Assembly (NCBI RefSeq): GCF_001194135.2
Contig: NC_069001.1
Coordinates: 32,439,443-32,503,442, forward strand
Reading direction: 5' to 3'
Length of the DNA stretch: 64,000 nt
Source of the DNA: Octopus bimaculoides
Lineage: Eukaryota
Shown: piece after piece, positions 12,727-32,782 of the stretch
How positions within the stretch are numbered: the first letter of the stretch is position 1
Layout of the letters: each line of letters starts with the position of its first letter
The notes under the pieces: model-generated
Database searches by the model: none
The model's input: only the letters and a program-made list of their open reading frames with translations
What the model was told of the DNA's origin: nothing
Translations under genes and position numbers: made by a program

Positions 12727-15700
12727 GATATGCATATATATATATATATATCTATATATATATACATATATACATACATTCACCATGATAGATCGCTGAC
12801 CACTACATTTATATTTTTTTTCTCCTTGCTTCTCTCCTTATTTCTTTCTGTGTTCCTTTCAGTTGAAGAGCGTAGGCTCGAAACGTCAAAGACTTTCTCT
12901 ATTCCCGAGTGTTAAACTAATACATCCATTTGTTGTGTACACTACCTGTCTTCATCTGTTGCTTTTTTCGTAAATTCTCCTATATATATATATATATATA
13001 TTCTTCCTTTACTTGTTTCAGTCTTTTGACTGTGGCCATGCTGAAGCACCGCCTTTAGTTGAACAAATCAACCCCCAGACTTATTCTTCGTAAGCCTAGT
13101 ACTTATTTTATCAGATAAGATGGCGTAATTACCAAATGCGTAGGTAAAATGATGTATTGGGTAAAAAATAGAAAAGGCATATAAAAGAGACACAGGCACC
13201 AACTGAAAAACAGATTCGTTGAAAACAAACCAAAGAAAATGGAGGAACTGATAGAATGGTTATATGATACGTTCCAAGTACAAACACCACTGCAGGTGAT
13301 TGAAGCCAAGTGTACAAGTGAGAGGAAAAAAAAAAACATACAGAGTTCCTGAAAATAGATGCCAAAACAGTCACAGAAGTCTGCTGTAGGCTTAGGCCTG
13401 GCTGGCTCTTGTGGTACCGTCCCACCCATGCTAGTGTAGAAGACGGATGATGATGATGTTAGTAAAAATTGATCCATTTCCTGGCACAACTTGCTATGAT
13501 TGTAATATTGTTCTGAGATGGTGTATACTACTAGCAGTAGATATGACCAATAGTAACATGAAATGTGATATTTCCAGGAGAAGGAAAATGGGTAATATGA
13601 GATTAATGGACATTAACAGGCCATTAGCAAAATAAATGAAATGAAATAGCTAAGGCTGGGAATGAAAACTAGCTGATGGTTTTGGTTCATGGTGAATGTC
13701 TAACTAATGGCTTGTGTGTATTAAAACAAATGAACACACACACATACACATGCGTGCACTTGAGCTGATGAGGGAGGCATTATGACCAGCTAGAAATGGC
13801 AACCAAATCTGCCTCAGTTCACACCTTACCATCATAAAAAAAAAAGAAATTTTCAGTGAATAATGTAATTCTGGAGATACCATTTCTGAATAAAAGACAC
13901 AATGGATAGAAGGAGACATTCATGCGCAGACACCCAAACCAAAATCTGGAGAAGTTAGTTTTCAAGCACAGAAACAGCTCTACAAACACAAACTTTACAG
14001 ATATACTGCTACTTTACCATGCAGTCTACTGCAGTTTCCATAGCTAACACTGTAAGATAATCTGATCTGGGTTAGAGTTTAGGGTTTAAAGTGAAGGGTT
14101 AGGGTATAGGGCTAGGGTTTAAGGTTAGGGTTAAAGTAAGAGTTAGGGCTGGGGTTAGAATGCATGCTAACACGGCACCACAAATACAATCTATTGGGTT
14201 GTCAGAAACATTCATTGCTTTTCAATTTTATTTGAATTATCATGAAAAATATTTGTATAATAGTGTTTTATGCTTTTTCAGAGTTCTGTTCTTCCTTTAC
14301 AACTTTTGCTTATAATTTTTTTGAAATTTGAAAAGGATTTTACATTGTTTTAGGCATAAATGTGGATGTGTGGTAAGAAGCTTGCTTCCCAACCACATGG
14401 TTCTGGGTTCAGTCACATGACATGGCACCTTGAGCGTGTGTCTTCTACTACAGCATGTGTCTTCCCTGCCACCTTCACTTGATGGGTAAGGTCCAAACAA
14501 TTGTGTTTCTTCAACATTTTTGCTAATTTGGGATATTTTAGCAAACTGGTTGTTAAAATCCAGGCAGCTGAGCAAAATTGTTAACTCCTTCATAACCCTA
14601 CTTCTGTTGAAATACACTGCCATCATTTCAGTTTGTTTTGAAAATAATGAAGAATTTAATCAAATCAAGGAGATATATGCATACTCACACACACATATAT
14701 ATAGACAGATCTCACCAGTGCTAGTGCCACGTAAAAAGCACCCACTACACTCTGTAAAGTGGTTGGCATTAGAAAGACATCCAGCTGTAAAAACCATGCC
14801 AATTCCTGTCAAACCATCCAACCTATGTCAGCATGGAAGACAGATGTTCAATGACAACAATGATATATATATATATACACACACATGATGGGCTTATTTC
14901 AGTTTCTGTCTCTCACAAAGCTTGCTTTGGTTTGTCTGGGGGCTATAGTAGAAGACACTTGCCCAAGGTATAATGCAGTGAGATTGAACCCAAAACTATG
15001 TTGTTGGGGAAGCAAACTTCTTAACCATGCAGTCATCTCTGTGCTTCAACAGTGGATGGAAATATTTGAAGGAGACAAGTGTGATATATAGAAAAATAAG
15101 TAAAGCAATATCCATTGTTTCAAAACTGTCTAGTTCATTTTTGTGATAGACCATGTGTATTTAACTCTTTCACTATGAAATAAATGTTCATGGTTATTCC
15201 AATATGGTATTTTCTGTAAGTCATGTAGCCTCAATAAACTTGTCCTGTCTCAAAAGTATAATAGCTTTAATCATGACATTCCTCAACAAAAATAGATTAG
15301 CACATATAAACTGCTTTCCACAGTTAATGAAATTTTGAGTGGATATCTCTGATTCCTGTCATAAATGGGTTAATAAATGAGAGACCAGCAATGAAGACTT
15401 GCAGAGATCTTGTTTCATATTCAATGAATCAGACGACATGATGAAAATTGTTGCTAAATTTTATTACATTGTGAAGGCAATACTATAATCTATGGGAAGC
15501 AACTCAACTAAGATTAACCTTCATTAGTAAAGAAATTAACTCCTTGATTTTTTTAAAGATTAACCTTCATTAGTAAAGAAATTAACTCCTTGATTTTTTT
15601 TATTGCCTTATTTTCTGAGTCAATTAGTTGGCACTTGACTAAGACAAAAACTGATTAGTGACAAGTTGAGATTGCTTTAGATTTTTTTTCCTGAGAAGTA

Positions 15701-18575
15701 CTGCTTTCAGGGCATAAATTTTCTCAGACAGGCAGAGCCAGCAATTACGAAGTTCCCTGGAGTATAGATGGGGGCCCTATCAGTTTATAGAAACCTAGGC
15801 TACGTCTGCTCTGATAATCAGTGAATTCTCTATCAAGGTTGACAACTGGTAGCAGGAAGAGCTGCAAGGGTCAACAGATGATGGCAAGAGCTGCTACAGA
15901 TCATACTATCCAAAAGAGTATATGCATGCGAATCAGGGACCACATGTGAATTTGTACTCCTACTGAAACTCTGGACATAACTCACTGGTTGGAACTGGCT
16001 CAACCTAGCCCAGGTGAACACTGCTGCAAGTACAAGTATCAGTTTATAGTGGAGAAGCCAGGTCACTGATCTCTAAGCTTCTAAATGAAACTGGAAAGTA
16101 GAATTCTCACTGACCTTGGACCTAAAAAACTATGTGTGTTGCTTATGACATACCGAGGCTCATTTATTTTTTGTTAGTACCATCTAGAGGAGGGAGCGTA
16201 GTCTTGTGGCCATGGAAAGGAAAATATCCCCTTAGCAGTTGATTGGCTCAATTTAAGAAGTTGCTGAGTGGGGATGAATGCTGATGTATTTAATGCTGGA
16301 ATTGGTGTTAGCCAGGCGAAAACAGCTAAACTCAGCATCATCATAATTTAATGTCTGCTTTCTATGTTGGCATGGGTTGGATGGTTTGATAGGAGCTGTG
16401 ACATGATTTCTATGGCTGCATGCCTTTTCTAACATCAACCACTTTACAGAGTGTACCGGGTGCTTTTTATATGCCACTGGCATAGGTGCATATACGCAGC
16501 TCTGGTACAAGTGCATTTTATATGGTACTGGGACCTGTAAAGGAAAAGCCTGTATGTATGGATGTAGTATTTTTGTGGTGCAGTACAAGGCATAGAAAAT
16601 TCCTAGTATCTTTAAAACTATAAGTAGATTAAATCAAATTACTTTCCACATCTTGGTTTTCCTCAGATGCAAGACGAATGGAGGTTTCTTCACAAAGACT
16701 AAATTCTCGCTGAAGCCATTGTTTGTTAAGACAGAGTGCTGCCTAGTCACTAATTTTCCACACCTTCTTATGTCTGTTTCTAATTTAGTTGAGGATTATT
16801 GCATTCTGATAGATGTGTACAGTCTCTTCATTTGGCTTCTCATAAGGGTGATACTTACCTGTCTAATGTTAGGTCGAGAGAAAAATGATAAGGGTGATCA
16901 TGTTTTGTGACACTGCCAAGCCATCATCTCTATACAAACCTGAGATGTGGGAAAGAGTGCACTTCCTAAAAGAATCATGGATAAACATCCTATGAGGCCA
17001 ACCACTTGCGTCACTTCAAATAATTTATATATACATATATATATATATATACATTTCATTATGTTAAACTGTTAAGCCCAACACATTTTTTACCTGTCTC
17101 TCTCCATTTTTTTCCACTCATCCCTTTCTGTTGAAGAGCATAGGCTCAAAATATCAGACTTTTCCATTCTTCCTGAGCATCAAACTAATGCACCTGCTTG
17201 TTGTTTCCTTACCTGTTTTTGTCTTTTGTTTTCTGTACATTTGATATATATATGACCTTCGAACATTGCTTTATGCATCCTTACATGTAATCGTACAATA
17301 TATAAAACAAAAAATATCCCAGCATAACCTAATATAGTCATTTCAAAAATAAAATAAACAAAAACCATTTAGAAAAAAAAAGCAAAAAGGAGAGAAAGAA
17401 AAGGAAAAAGAAAACATCAATGCAGTACCAAGTGCTGAGGATAGATTGAAGCAGAGAATATGAGACAATCTGCATTCAGGTACCACTTTCAACTCTCTCC
17501 TTGGTCAATCTGATCCATTTTGAAGTTGTCACCTACTTTCTGCTAGTGCAAAATTCTTGGAGGACTGAATTGACGCCCTGCCTGTGGCCAACATTGGGGG
17601 GTCTATTCAGTCTTGATGAGCTCTGCCTTACCATCACACTCAGAGTGGGAGTTGACGTCTGCAGGGGACTGAGATATTGCTGTGGTAGGGCCCTCGATGC
17701 CACAGGTCTTCACGGTTTGTCTTGCTGCCTAAATGCTGGTCGCTTTGCTCATCACACTGAGCTAAACTTAATCATTAAGCAGGCCCTGGCTCGAATTAAT
17801 ATCTCTTCAGTTCTGGAGCCGGGACTATCCAGAAGTGATGGCTTACCCGCTGTCCCTGGGTAAGAGGTAGGTGCCTCATCTGGGACGCCACAGTCTTTGA
17901 CTTGTTTGCTCCCTCACACATCCTGGATGCTGTCGTAAGTGAGAAGGTCACTGCTTCCATAGCTGAACAGAAGAAAACCCTGAAGTATCGGGACCTGACA
18001 GTGAATTATCACTTTTAACCTGTGGTATTTGGAGGGACAGGGCCACTAATGGAAAAATTCTTGTCATCATTGGCAGCTTACCTCACCAAAATGTTAGGTG
18101 ATGCTCAAGAGGGTGCTTGGCTCTTCCAATGCCTTGGCCTTGCCATTGCTCATAGTAATGCAGTGAGCATACTTGCTTGCTTCAAGAGGTTCCATTGAAC
18201 CTTGTGGTGTGTGACCAACTGGAGCACTTGATGCTGCATCAATGCTTTTTTTCTTTCATTTCTTTCACCTTTTTTCTGCTTTTTTCCCCCTTTGTATTAT
18301 ATATGTATCATATACATACATGTCATATATGTAATAAAAAATTTAATTTAGTTAAAAATAAAAAGAGTAACCAAAAATGAAATTATTAGTTTGATTTCTT
18401 GGAAGTATCTTTTGTTTAGTTGATTTAAGGATTAGAGATAAATTTGAACAAATAAGCATATTATAAGTGAAAACCGATGTTAGTTAATGCAAAAGCACAG
18501 AAGTCTGAAAGTTATCCATCATTTATTAAAGTTGATTTTGACTATATATATATACACACACACAAACATATATAC

Positions 18576-18659
<84 letters not shown>

Positions 18660-20084
18660 AGGTGTTCTAAACAATTCCTATTTACCAAATTCTGCTGATC
18701 GGGTACTTATCTGAAACAATAGTAGAGGGCACATGGCCAAGGTACCACACAGTGATCTTGAACCTGGAAGCACCCGATTCCAAAGCAACCCTGACTATTA
18801 ACCTCGTCTGCGCTAATTTATATATTATATAATTAATAAATATATATGTAAATATATCCTTATATTTTAAATCCCCATAAGAAGTTGGTAGGTAAGGTAA
18901 ATGTGGAGAATCGCGGCGTAATTTCCTCAAAAATGGAGAAAATATTGATATAAAAGTAAAATGAGATAAGAATGCTTTCATTTCAAAACTACGAGTATAA
19001 TGAAGAAATAGAAACGTTTACGTAACTTATAAGTATTCAATTAAAAATTTTATTATTATTTTTTTAAAGACGTAATAATGTATGAGTCAGCAATACTTTC
19101 CTTTTAAAATGATATATTACAAGAAAAAGCATTTAGACGACTTAGGTTTGATTAGAAACGACATTTATAAAATCATCAGATGTAATGTTTTTAAGTGTCA
19201 TCAGATATTTTCAAAAAGGTGAATAAGTAAATAAATAAAATTTATAAACAATATTTTTTGATTTCGTTTCAGTATTTCAATAAACTATATTTTGACACAC
19301 CTGCACGAGTGTGCTCCCTCGACTTTGTTTCCTCATAACTTTCAGAAAAATGGATATTTTTTAATGAAACTTTCTACAAATACCTTTCAGACGCTGTAGA
19401 TTACGATTATGGAAAAAAAAGTTGGTGGGCGCAAACACACACACATATATTTACATATAAAAATGAAACTTGAAATTTCGACGCGATGTGTCAATATGTA
19501 CGTGTGAGCGCACACCAATTATTTTTTCCTACATTAAATTCCGATATAACCATAATCCACATAATCTAAGATATCTATTTTTCTGAAAGTTATGACGAAA
19601 TAAAGTTAGGAAAAGAGCGAACCACTTGTGTAGGTTAAACTGATTTTTTAAATATATATTTCCATTTAAAAACGAAAAAGGTATTCTTTCGATAAAAGCT
19701 ATAGAAATTATAAAAGTGTTAGTTCGGCAATTTCCGTAAGAAAGTTTTTGATTTTTTTCCAGTTTATGTATTTTTTGTGTGTAAAGGCGAAGGTAAAGAA
19801 TATGCACACTTGGTGTTCAGGGCTAGGGTTAGGGTTTTTGTTACGCCGAAAACGGGTGGTGCGAGTATTCTTTACCTCCGCCCGTGTAAGTGCTATGTTT
19901 ATGTATTTTTTTTCTGTGTATTTATCCGTCTTACCTTTATGGAATGTATATTTGCGTAAATATATGTGTATGTATATATACAGCACTCGATGGAGACAAG
20001 AGCTATGAACTAAAATTTATATTAATAAAAAATAATAAATTAAACTGTTTAGAACTACCAGTGAAGTCATTCTTTTTCTTTTTT

Positions 20085-20142
<58 letters not shown>

Positions 20143-20549
20143 AATATACATACACCGAAAATACATAAATATAAGCAATTCAGCCGAAAAAAAATTAAAG
20201 AAATAAAAATGTTTTACGGAAATTGCCGAACACTTTCATAATTCCTTTACCTTTATCGAAGAAATGCCAAAAAAAAAAGAAAAAAAATTACATCGCGAGT
20301 CTCCAACTTCGATTAATTTTTTTCAAAGCTTATTTTTTGTTAGAGATTTTAGCTTTATATATCCTTTATGTATGATGATGGAGAACAACAAACAACTAAA
20401 TTATTATTGTTATTGTGCGTACGAAAGTTTAAAAAGTTATTTACTTTTTCGCATAATGTTTTCACTTGAGTCTCAGAGAGTCGGTTACATTCATATAACT
20501 GTTTAATCCATTGATCTAATTCTTTAACTGTGCACTGGCTGTCAACCAT
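3622..20549 (-). CDS. PPP2CA: Divergent serine/threonine protein phosphatase 2A catalytic subunit-like gene. Coding exons: 20445-20549, 10206-10415, 8616-8789, 7397-7486, 5984-6145, [exon 6 in N gap], 3622-3694; about 310 aa
   Basis: PPP motifs GDIHG, GDYVDRG, RGNHE, CLHGG, SPRG and RAHQ plus C-terminal DYFL. All visible junctions are GT-AG with consistent phases. Exon sizes 105/210/174/90/162/?/73 match the PP2A-C gene structure as I recall it. The symbol denotes the family; exact orthology is uncertain. Confidence 0.93.
4060..4741 (+). mobile_element. 3' fragment of an R4/Dong-type non-LTR retrotransposon (restriction-like endonuclease) ending in (TAA)n
   Basis: HNKVC..LHWLLC; PDIVIL..IIGVAIP..K..KY..L; [10 protein letters not shown]; (TAA)n tail. 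Confidence 0.8.
5141..5268. repeat. 35-bp tandem repeat, about 3.7 units
   Basis: Units start at 5141, 5176, 5211 and 5246. Confidence 0.9.
5984..6145 (-). CDS. PPP2CA: PP2A-like exon 5 ([11 protein letters not shown]...SRAHQLAME)
   Basis: TTCAG acceptor, GTAATT donor, 162 nt. Confidence 0.95.
6425..6680. mobile_element. hAT-type MITE (CAGTGGTTCT..AAC ends). Other copies at about 58333-58585 and 22305-22450, partial at 1-37
   Basis: Short TIRs; shared internal ACCCCTTTGATTCC motif. Confidence 0.65.
7397..7486 (-). CDS. PPP2CA: PP2A-like exon 4 ([30 protein letters not shown])
   Basis: Hand-translated and absent from the ORF track. TTACAG acceptor, GTACGT donor, 90 nt. Confidence 0.95.
7938..8375 (+). 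mobile_element. tRNA-derived SINE, the dominant family (octopus-type). Further copies at about 1990-2180(-), 3775-4060, 5465-5870, 9890-10190(-), 11480-11870, 14880-15045(-), 22895-23295, 26325-26700, 30905-31290, 31420-31870(-), 37880-38195, 57260-57650(-), 58600-58770(-), 62690-62840(-) and 63815-63980
   Basis: Repeated head GTGGCTGTGTGGTAAGAAG..GGTTCAGTCCCAC (A/B-box-like), conserved body, internal (TG)n. Confidence 0.85.
8616..8789 (-). CDS. PPP2CA: PP2A-like exon 3 ([18 protein letters not shown]...LTALVDEE)
   Basis: AACAG acceptor, GTAAGT donor, 174 nt. Confidence 0.96.
10206..10415 (-). CDS. PPP2CA: PP2A-like exon 2 (AKEILSQ...GDIHG...GDYVDRG...LLVVLK)
   Basis: TGCAG acceptor, GTACG donor, 210 nt, phase 0/0. 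Confidence 0.96.
11085..11280 (+). mobile_element. Second tRNA-head SINE family. Copies at about 41060-41280, 52580-52800 and 60680-60905(-)
   Basis: GCATGGCTTAGTGGTTAG...GAGTTCAATTCC head; GAGCAAGACAC body. Confidence 0.7.
12790..12985 (+). repeat. Penelope-like terminal-repeat remnant with a hammerhead-like motif. Related copies at about 17090-17260 and 1840-1965(-)
   Basis: TTGAAGAGCGTAGGCTCGAAACGTC motif with shared flanks across copies. Confidence 0.5.
14065..14160 (+). repeat. Degenerate TTAGGG-like interstitial array
   Basis: GGGTTAG/AGGGTT variants. Confidence 0.55.
17440..18230 (+). mobile_element. CRE-clade non-LTR retrotransposon 3' fragment (CCHC knuckle plus REL endonuclease), degenerate
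   Basis: [16 protein letters not shown]...[11 protein letters not shown]...[10 protein letters not shown], then WDAT...AEQKKTLKY in a shifted frame. GC-rich island. Confidence 0.75.
20445..20549 (-). CDS. PPP2CA: PP2A-like exon 1 ([35 protein letters not shown])
   Basis: ATG at 20549 and donor GTAAAT at 20444. An acceptor-like TTTACAG at 20575 suggests an upstream non-coding exon. Confidence 0.92.
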
Positions 20550-21086
20550 GGCTTAAAATGTATGATAAACTTAACTGTAAACAAACAGAATAATAAATTT
20601 GTTTTTTTTTTTGTAGAAAACTTAATAAAACTGCAATAATTTGAGGTTTAAAAATTTTAGACATTAAGAATTTAAAACTAACGTTTGAACGAAAGATAAA
20701 TAAATAAGTCCAGGAAATCACAGGTAGTCAATGTACATAGACTGATCAGATCGTAAATATAAGTTCATACTATTCACAAGATTTGAATACAAGGCTAATG
20801 AAAATACGAGCTCGTTCAATACACATAGCATGATGAGTTTTGTTTTATATTTACTTATATATGGACACGTATAATAAAACAAAAGGTGCAAGTATGTGTA
20901 TAACTTCCCTGAGACGAGCACCAGTGTCCATGACAGTTGGCCTGCACAATATTCTGCAACAAATGCAAATAAATATTTGAAAACGTTCATGTTATTAAAA
21001 TAAACACAGTAAAATATTAAAATGACTTTTTTTTCTTTGTAAAAAATATTTCTTAATTGTCAAAATAGCAAAAATATATTGTTCAA

Positions 21087-21150
21087 CCGGAAGTTAATAT
21101 TTATTCGTTGCGAAAGTCAGATTAATCTTCCACCTTTTAGGTCTCTTCCT
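21087..21150 (+). promoter_or_regulatory. RACK1 ribosomal-protein-type promoter: ETS/GABP site CCGGAAGT (21087-21094) and TCT/5'TOP initiator TCTCTTC (21142-21148)
   Basis: Both motifs are seen directly and are typical of translation-machinery gene promoters. The TSS itself is inferred. Confidence 0.6.
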
Positions 21151-21235
21151 GTTGGCAGCCATTTGGCGTGGATCAGGTTATTTTCTCTACGAGTTTAATC
21201 GTTAGGAATCCTGATTGGAAACAACTAAAACAAAT

Positions 21236-29446
<8,211 letters not shown>

Positions 29447-31609
29447 ACAATTTAAAATCACCCTAAAATGCATGATAGTGGCTGTTCAGATAAATATCAA
29501 TAAAAGGTTGAAAAAAAAGTGGAACTTATCATGTTTGTTACTGTTATTTTTAATATAATCAGTTTAAGGTCCTTGGGGGACCGCATAAGATTTTTCTGTT
29601 AAAATTCATGTGCAATAAATTAGTTATACATCTACAATGCACAAAATATTTATTTTTTTAAATTTCAGCAATTCTTAATAATATTGTTGCAAAATGTGGC
29701 CTCCTGACACCAACACGATTCCAGCAACTGGGAAAATGCAGGTCAGCCTAGCAAGTCATGTTGCTTAGAGCGAAAGAAATAGTCATACACAGCTAGATGT
29801 TTTGTGTAACGTAGTTCTTTGCCACCTGGGTTCACACTGACTGTAGTTTTACCTCTCCCAGGTTTACATCACCAACTGACACCTCATATTCCCTCGTCAG
29901 TTTAAATCGTCCACCTCAGTAAAAATAAAAACCATGCAGCATGCTTTAAATCGGTGACATGAACATTATTTTTCATTAAAACATATTAAGAATCCATTAT
30001 TTGTAGAACTAGAGACCCGAGCAGTCTTGATTTCAAGTAATACCATTTAAAGAATATTTCTTCCATTTGCTGCAAATAGTTGACTTTATGCTCTTTCATG
30101 ACAATATTTAATTATAAAAATATAGGACTTTTTCTTAAACATTGACTGTTTGTTTGGACCCAGTAGAGTAAGCAAAAAAAATGGTTGAGAAACACTGGTT
30201 TAGATGGTTAACACTCAACTTGAAATGTTTGAATATTCCAATAAAGTAGATTTTTACTTACAAAAGCCTGACTACATGCTCAGTATGTCCAACTCATACC
30301 AGTATGGAAAATGGGTGTTAAATGATGTGGGCATGAGTGTGGCTGAAGTTTGCTTCCTAACATTGTGGTTAGCGGTGAGAAAAGATCTACAGGATTTTGA
30401 ACTCACAGGGGACCAAGGCTCCAGGCAGTTTGCTGTGTTTGAAAATACATGTCAACTTGAGTAAAAGTGTGGTTGCTCTTAGAACTGAGCATCCCTAATC
30501 TTGTGGGTGCTGGTGCCATGTTAAAAGTACCCAGTATACTCACCGAAGTGGTTGGCACTAGGAAAGGCATCCCAGATGTGGAAACCATGACAAAATCAAT
30601 GGAGTCTGAACAGCCCTTCAGCTGGTTAGCTCCTGTCAAACAGTCCAAACCATGCCTGCATGAAAACTGGACGTTAAATGATGGTCCACAGAAACTGGGA
30701 GGTGCCTGTTTGTGTGTGTGTGTGCTCGTTTCGATATCACATGATGGTTGTTAATGAACGTGATTGTTTTCAGCCTTCTATGAAAGACGTCTGATCATAG
30801 AGGAAATGTTACCTAGCTTGTTAACAGGTTAGGCATCCAGCTGCCTCGGGAAATTGTTTGACCCATGCAAGCATGATGAAGTCGACATCCAATGAAAATA
30901 TAAATCAGATGCAGCTGTGTGGTGAAAAGTTTGCTCTCGGGTTCAAGCCCACTGTGGCACCTTGGGCAAGTGTCTTCTACTATAACCCCAGACCGACCAA
31001 AGCCTTGGGAGTGGATTTCATAGACAAACTAAGAAACCCATCATATATGTGTGTTACTGTCTCCTTGTCTTGACTTAATGTAATGGTTGTTAAACAAATA
31101 TCACCATCTTGCAATTGGTGTCCCTCGTTTCCAATCTTCCATGAAAACATGTCTGGTCATGGGTAAATATTATCTTACTTGGAAACAGGTGAGGGTTGGC
31201 AACAAGAAGCACATCTGGCTGAAGAGACATTTGCTACAACAAATTCCATCTGACCCACACAAAACATGGAAAAGTGGACATCAAATGATTATATATAGTA
31301 GAAGATGGCTGCAGTCTATTCCATAGTACACGTTTCTTTACCAATTGGTGTTACATTGGTATACATATAGGAAAACAGCAAATCATCAAATAGAGAATTA
31401 AAATATAATCCCAGTATTGTATTTTCAACTCATGTGTATCCTAACATCTACAGATATATTGACTTTGAGCACATCGACCCCAGGACTTATTCTTTGTAAG
31501 CCTAGTACTTATTCTATCGGTCAATTTTGCAGAACCGCTAAGTTACGGGGACATAAACACACCAGCATCGATTGTCAAGCGATGTTGGGGGGACAAACAC
31601 AGACACGCA

Positions 31610-31720
31610 TACAGGGTGTCCACAAAGTCTGGGTACATGGAGTAAATAAAATCATAACATAAACAAATATAAAAATAATAATTTCTGAAAGTATGTATTA
31701 ATCTCCGTGGACACCCTATA
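31610..31720. mobile_element. Tc1/pogo-type mini MITE nested in a SINE
   Basis: TA-CAGGGTGTCCAC ... GTGGACACCCTA-TA. Confidence 0.65.
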
Positions 31721-32782
31721 TATATACATATATATGCAACGGGCTTCTTTCAGCTTTCGTCTACCAAATCCACTCACAAGGCTTTGGTCGGCCCGAGGCT
31801 ATAGTAGAAGATACTTGCCCAAGGTGCCACGCAGTGGGACTGAACCCGGAACCATGTGGTTGGTAGTGAATGAAAATTAGGATCAGACCTCTACATGGTA
31901 GCTAGACCTGGTAGAAATAGCAGCCAAATCTCCCTCAAAACACCCTACTGTCTTAATCCGACAATTCTGCCTATTATGTAGCTTGGAAACTCCTGAAGAA
32001 CGTAGTGTGTTTGTGAGAGCTATTCTATTATACGTCTGTCTAATCATGAAAACATTGACTTAATTATGAACATAGAAAGAAATTATATATTCATCCCGGC
32101 AGGAAGAAGATATATGAAATGGACGGATGTGTGTGCGTGCGTGTGTGTGTTTCTGGCGGGAGTTTTGCAGTGAGCACTAAGTGGTTTGTGTTTATCTCTG
32201 GAGTCGAATTGTTAATTTGTCTGTAATAGCAATGCCCGGACAAGTCAAAATACCTTGGTTTTTTACTCCTTTGCCTGCAGTAAAGGGAGCCAGGAGCCCT
32301 TCTCCGGTAAGTTGAAGAAACAATAAGAATATTTTAATAAGTTTTAGCTTCTGTTTGTATTTTATATGTTACAAGACAGTGTTTTTATAGTTAATGTATA
32401 TATGTGAGATAATAGTTTCAGTATTAAAGTGTCTGACATTAGAATAGAGAGATGTTATTGTTTCACTTTTGACATGTAATACTGCAATAGTGGAGGAGAT
32501 GTGATATTGCACTGGGCTCACACTAGGCAAGAAGTTAAAAATTTTTTGGCCTAAAATACTACCTGGACCCTAAGTAAGGCATGTGTAAAATTTGAATGAA
32601 ATTGGTTGTGAAGTTCTCAAGTTTTAGGGATTCAGATACACAGATGTGATGGCTGCGTAGTTAAAAAGTTTGCTTCCAGCAGATCTTATTTCCCCATAAG
32701 CCTTGTCAGTAAAATTGAATAAATGATAAACTGTGGAAGCGTTTTAGATGTACTTTAACAATCCTTGGGTACCTGTATAGAC

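Noticed and set aside
15240-16200. GC-richer stretch with broken reading frames
   Set aside because: Multiple stops in every frame and no recognisable motif; probably an old TE
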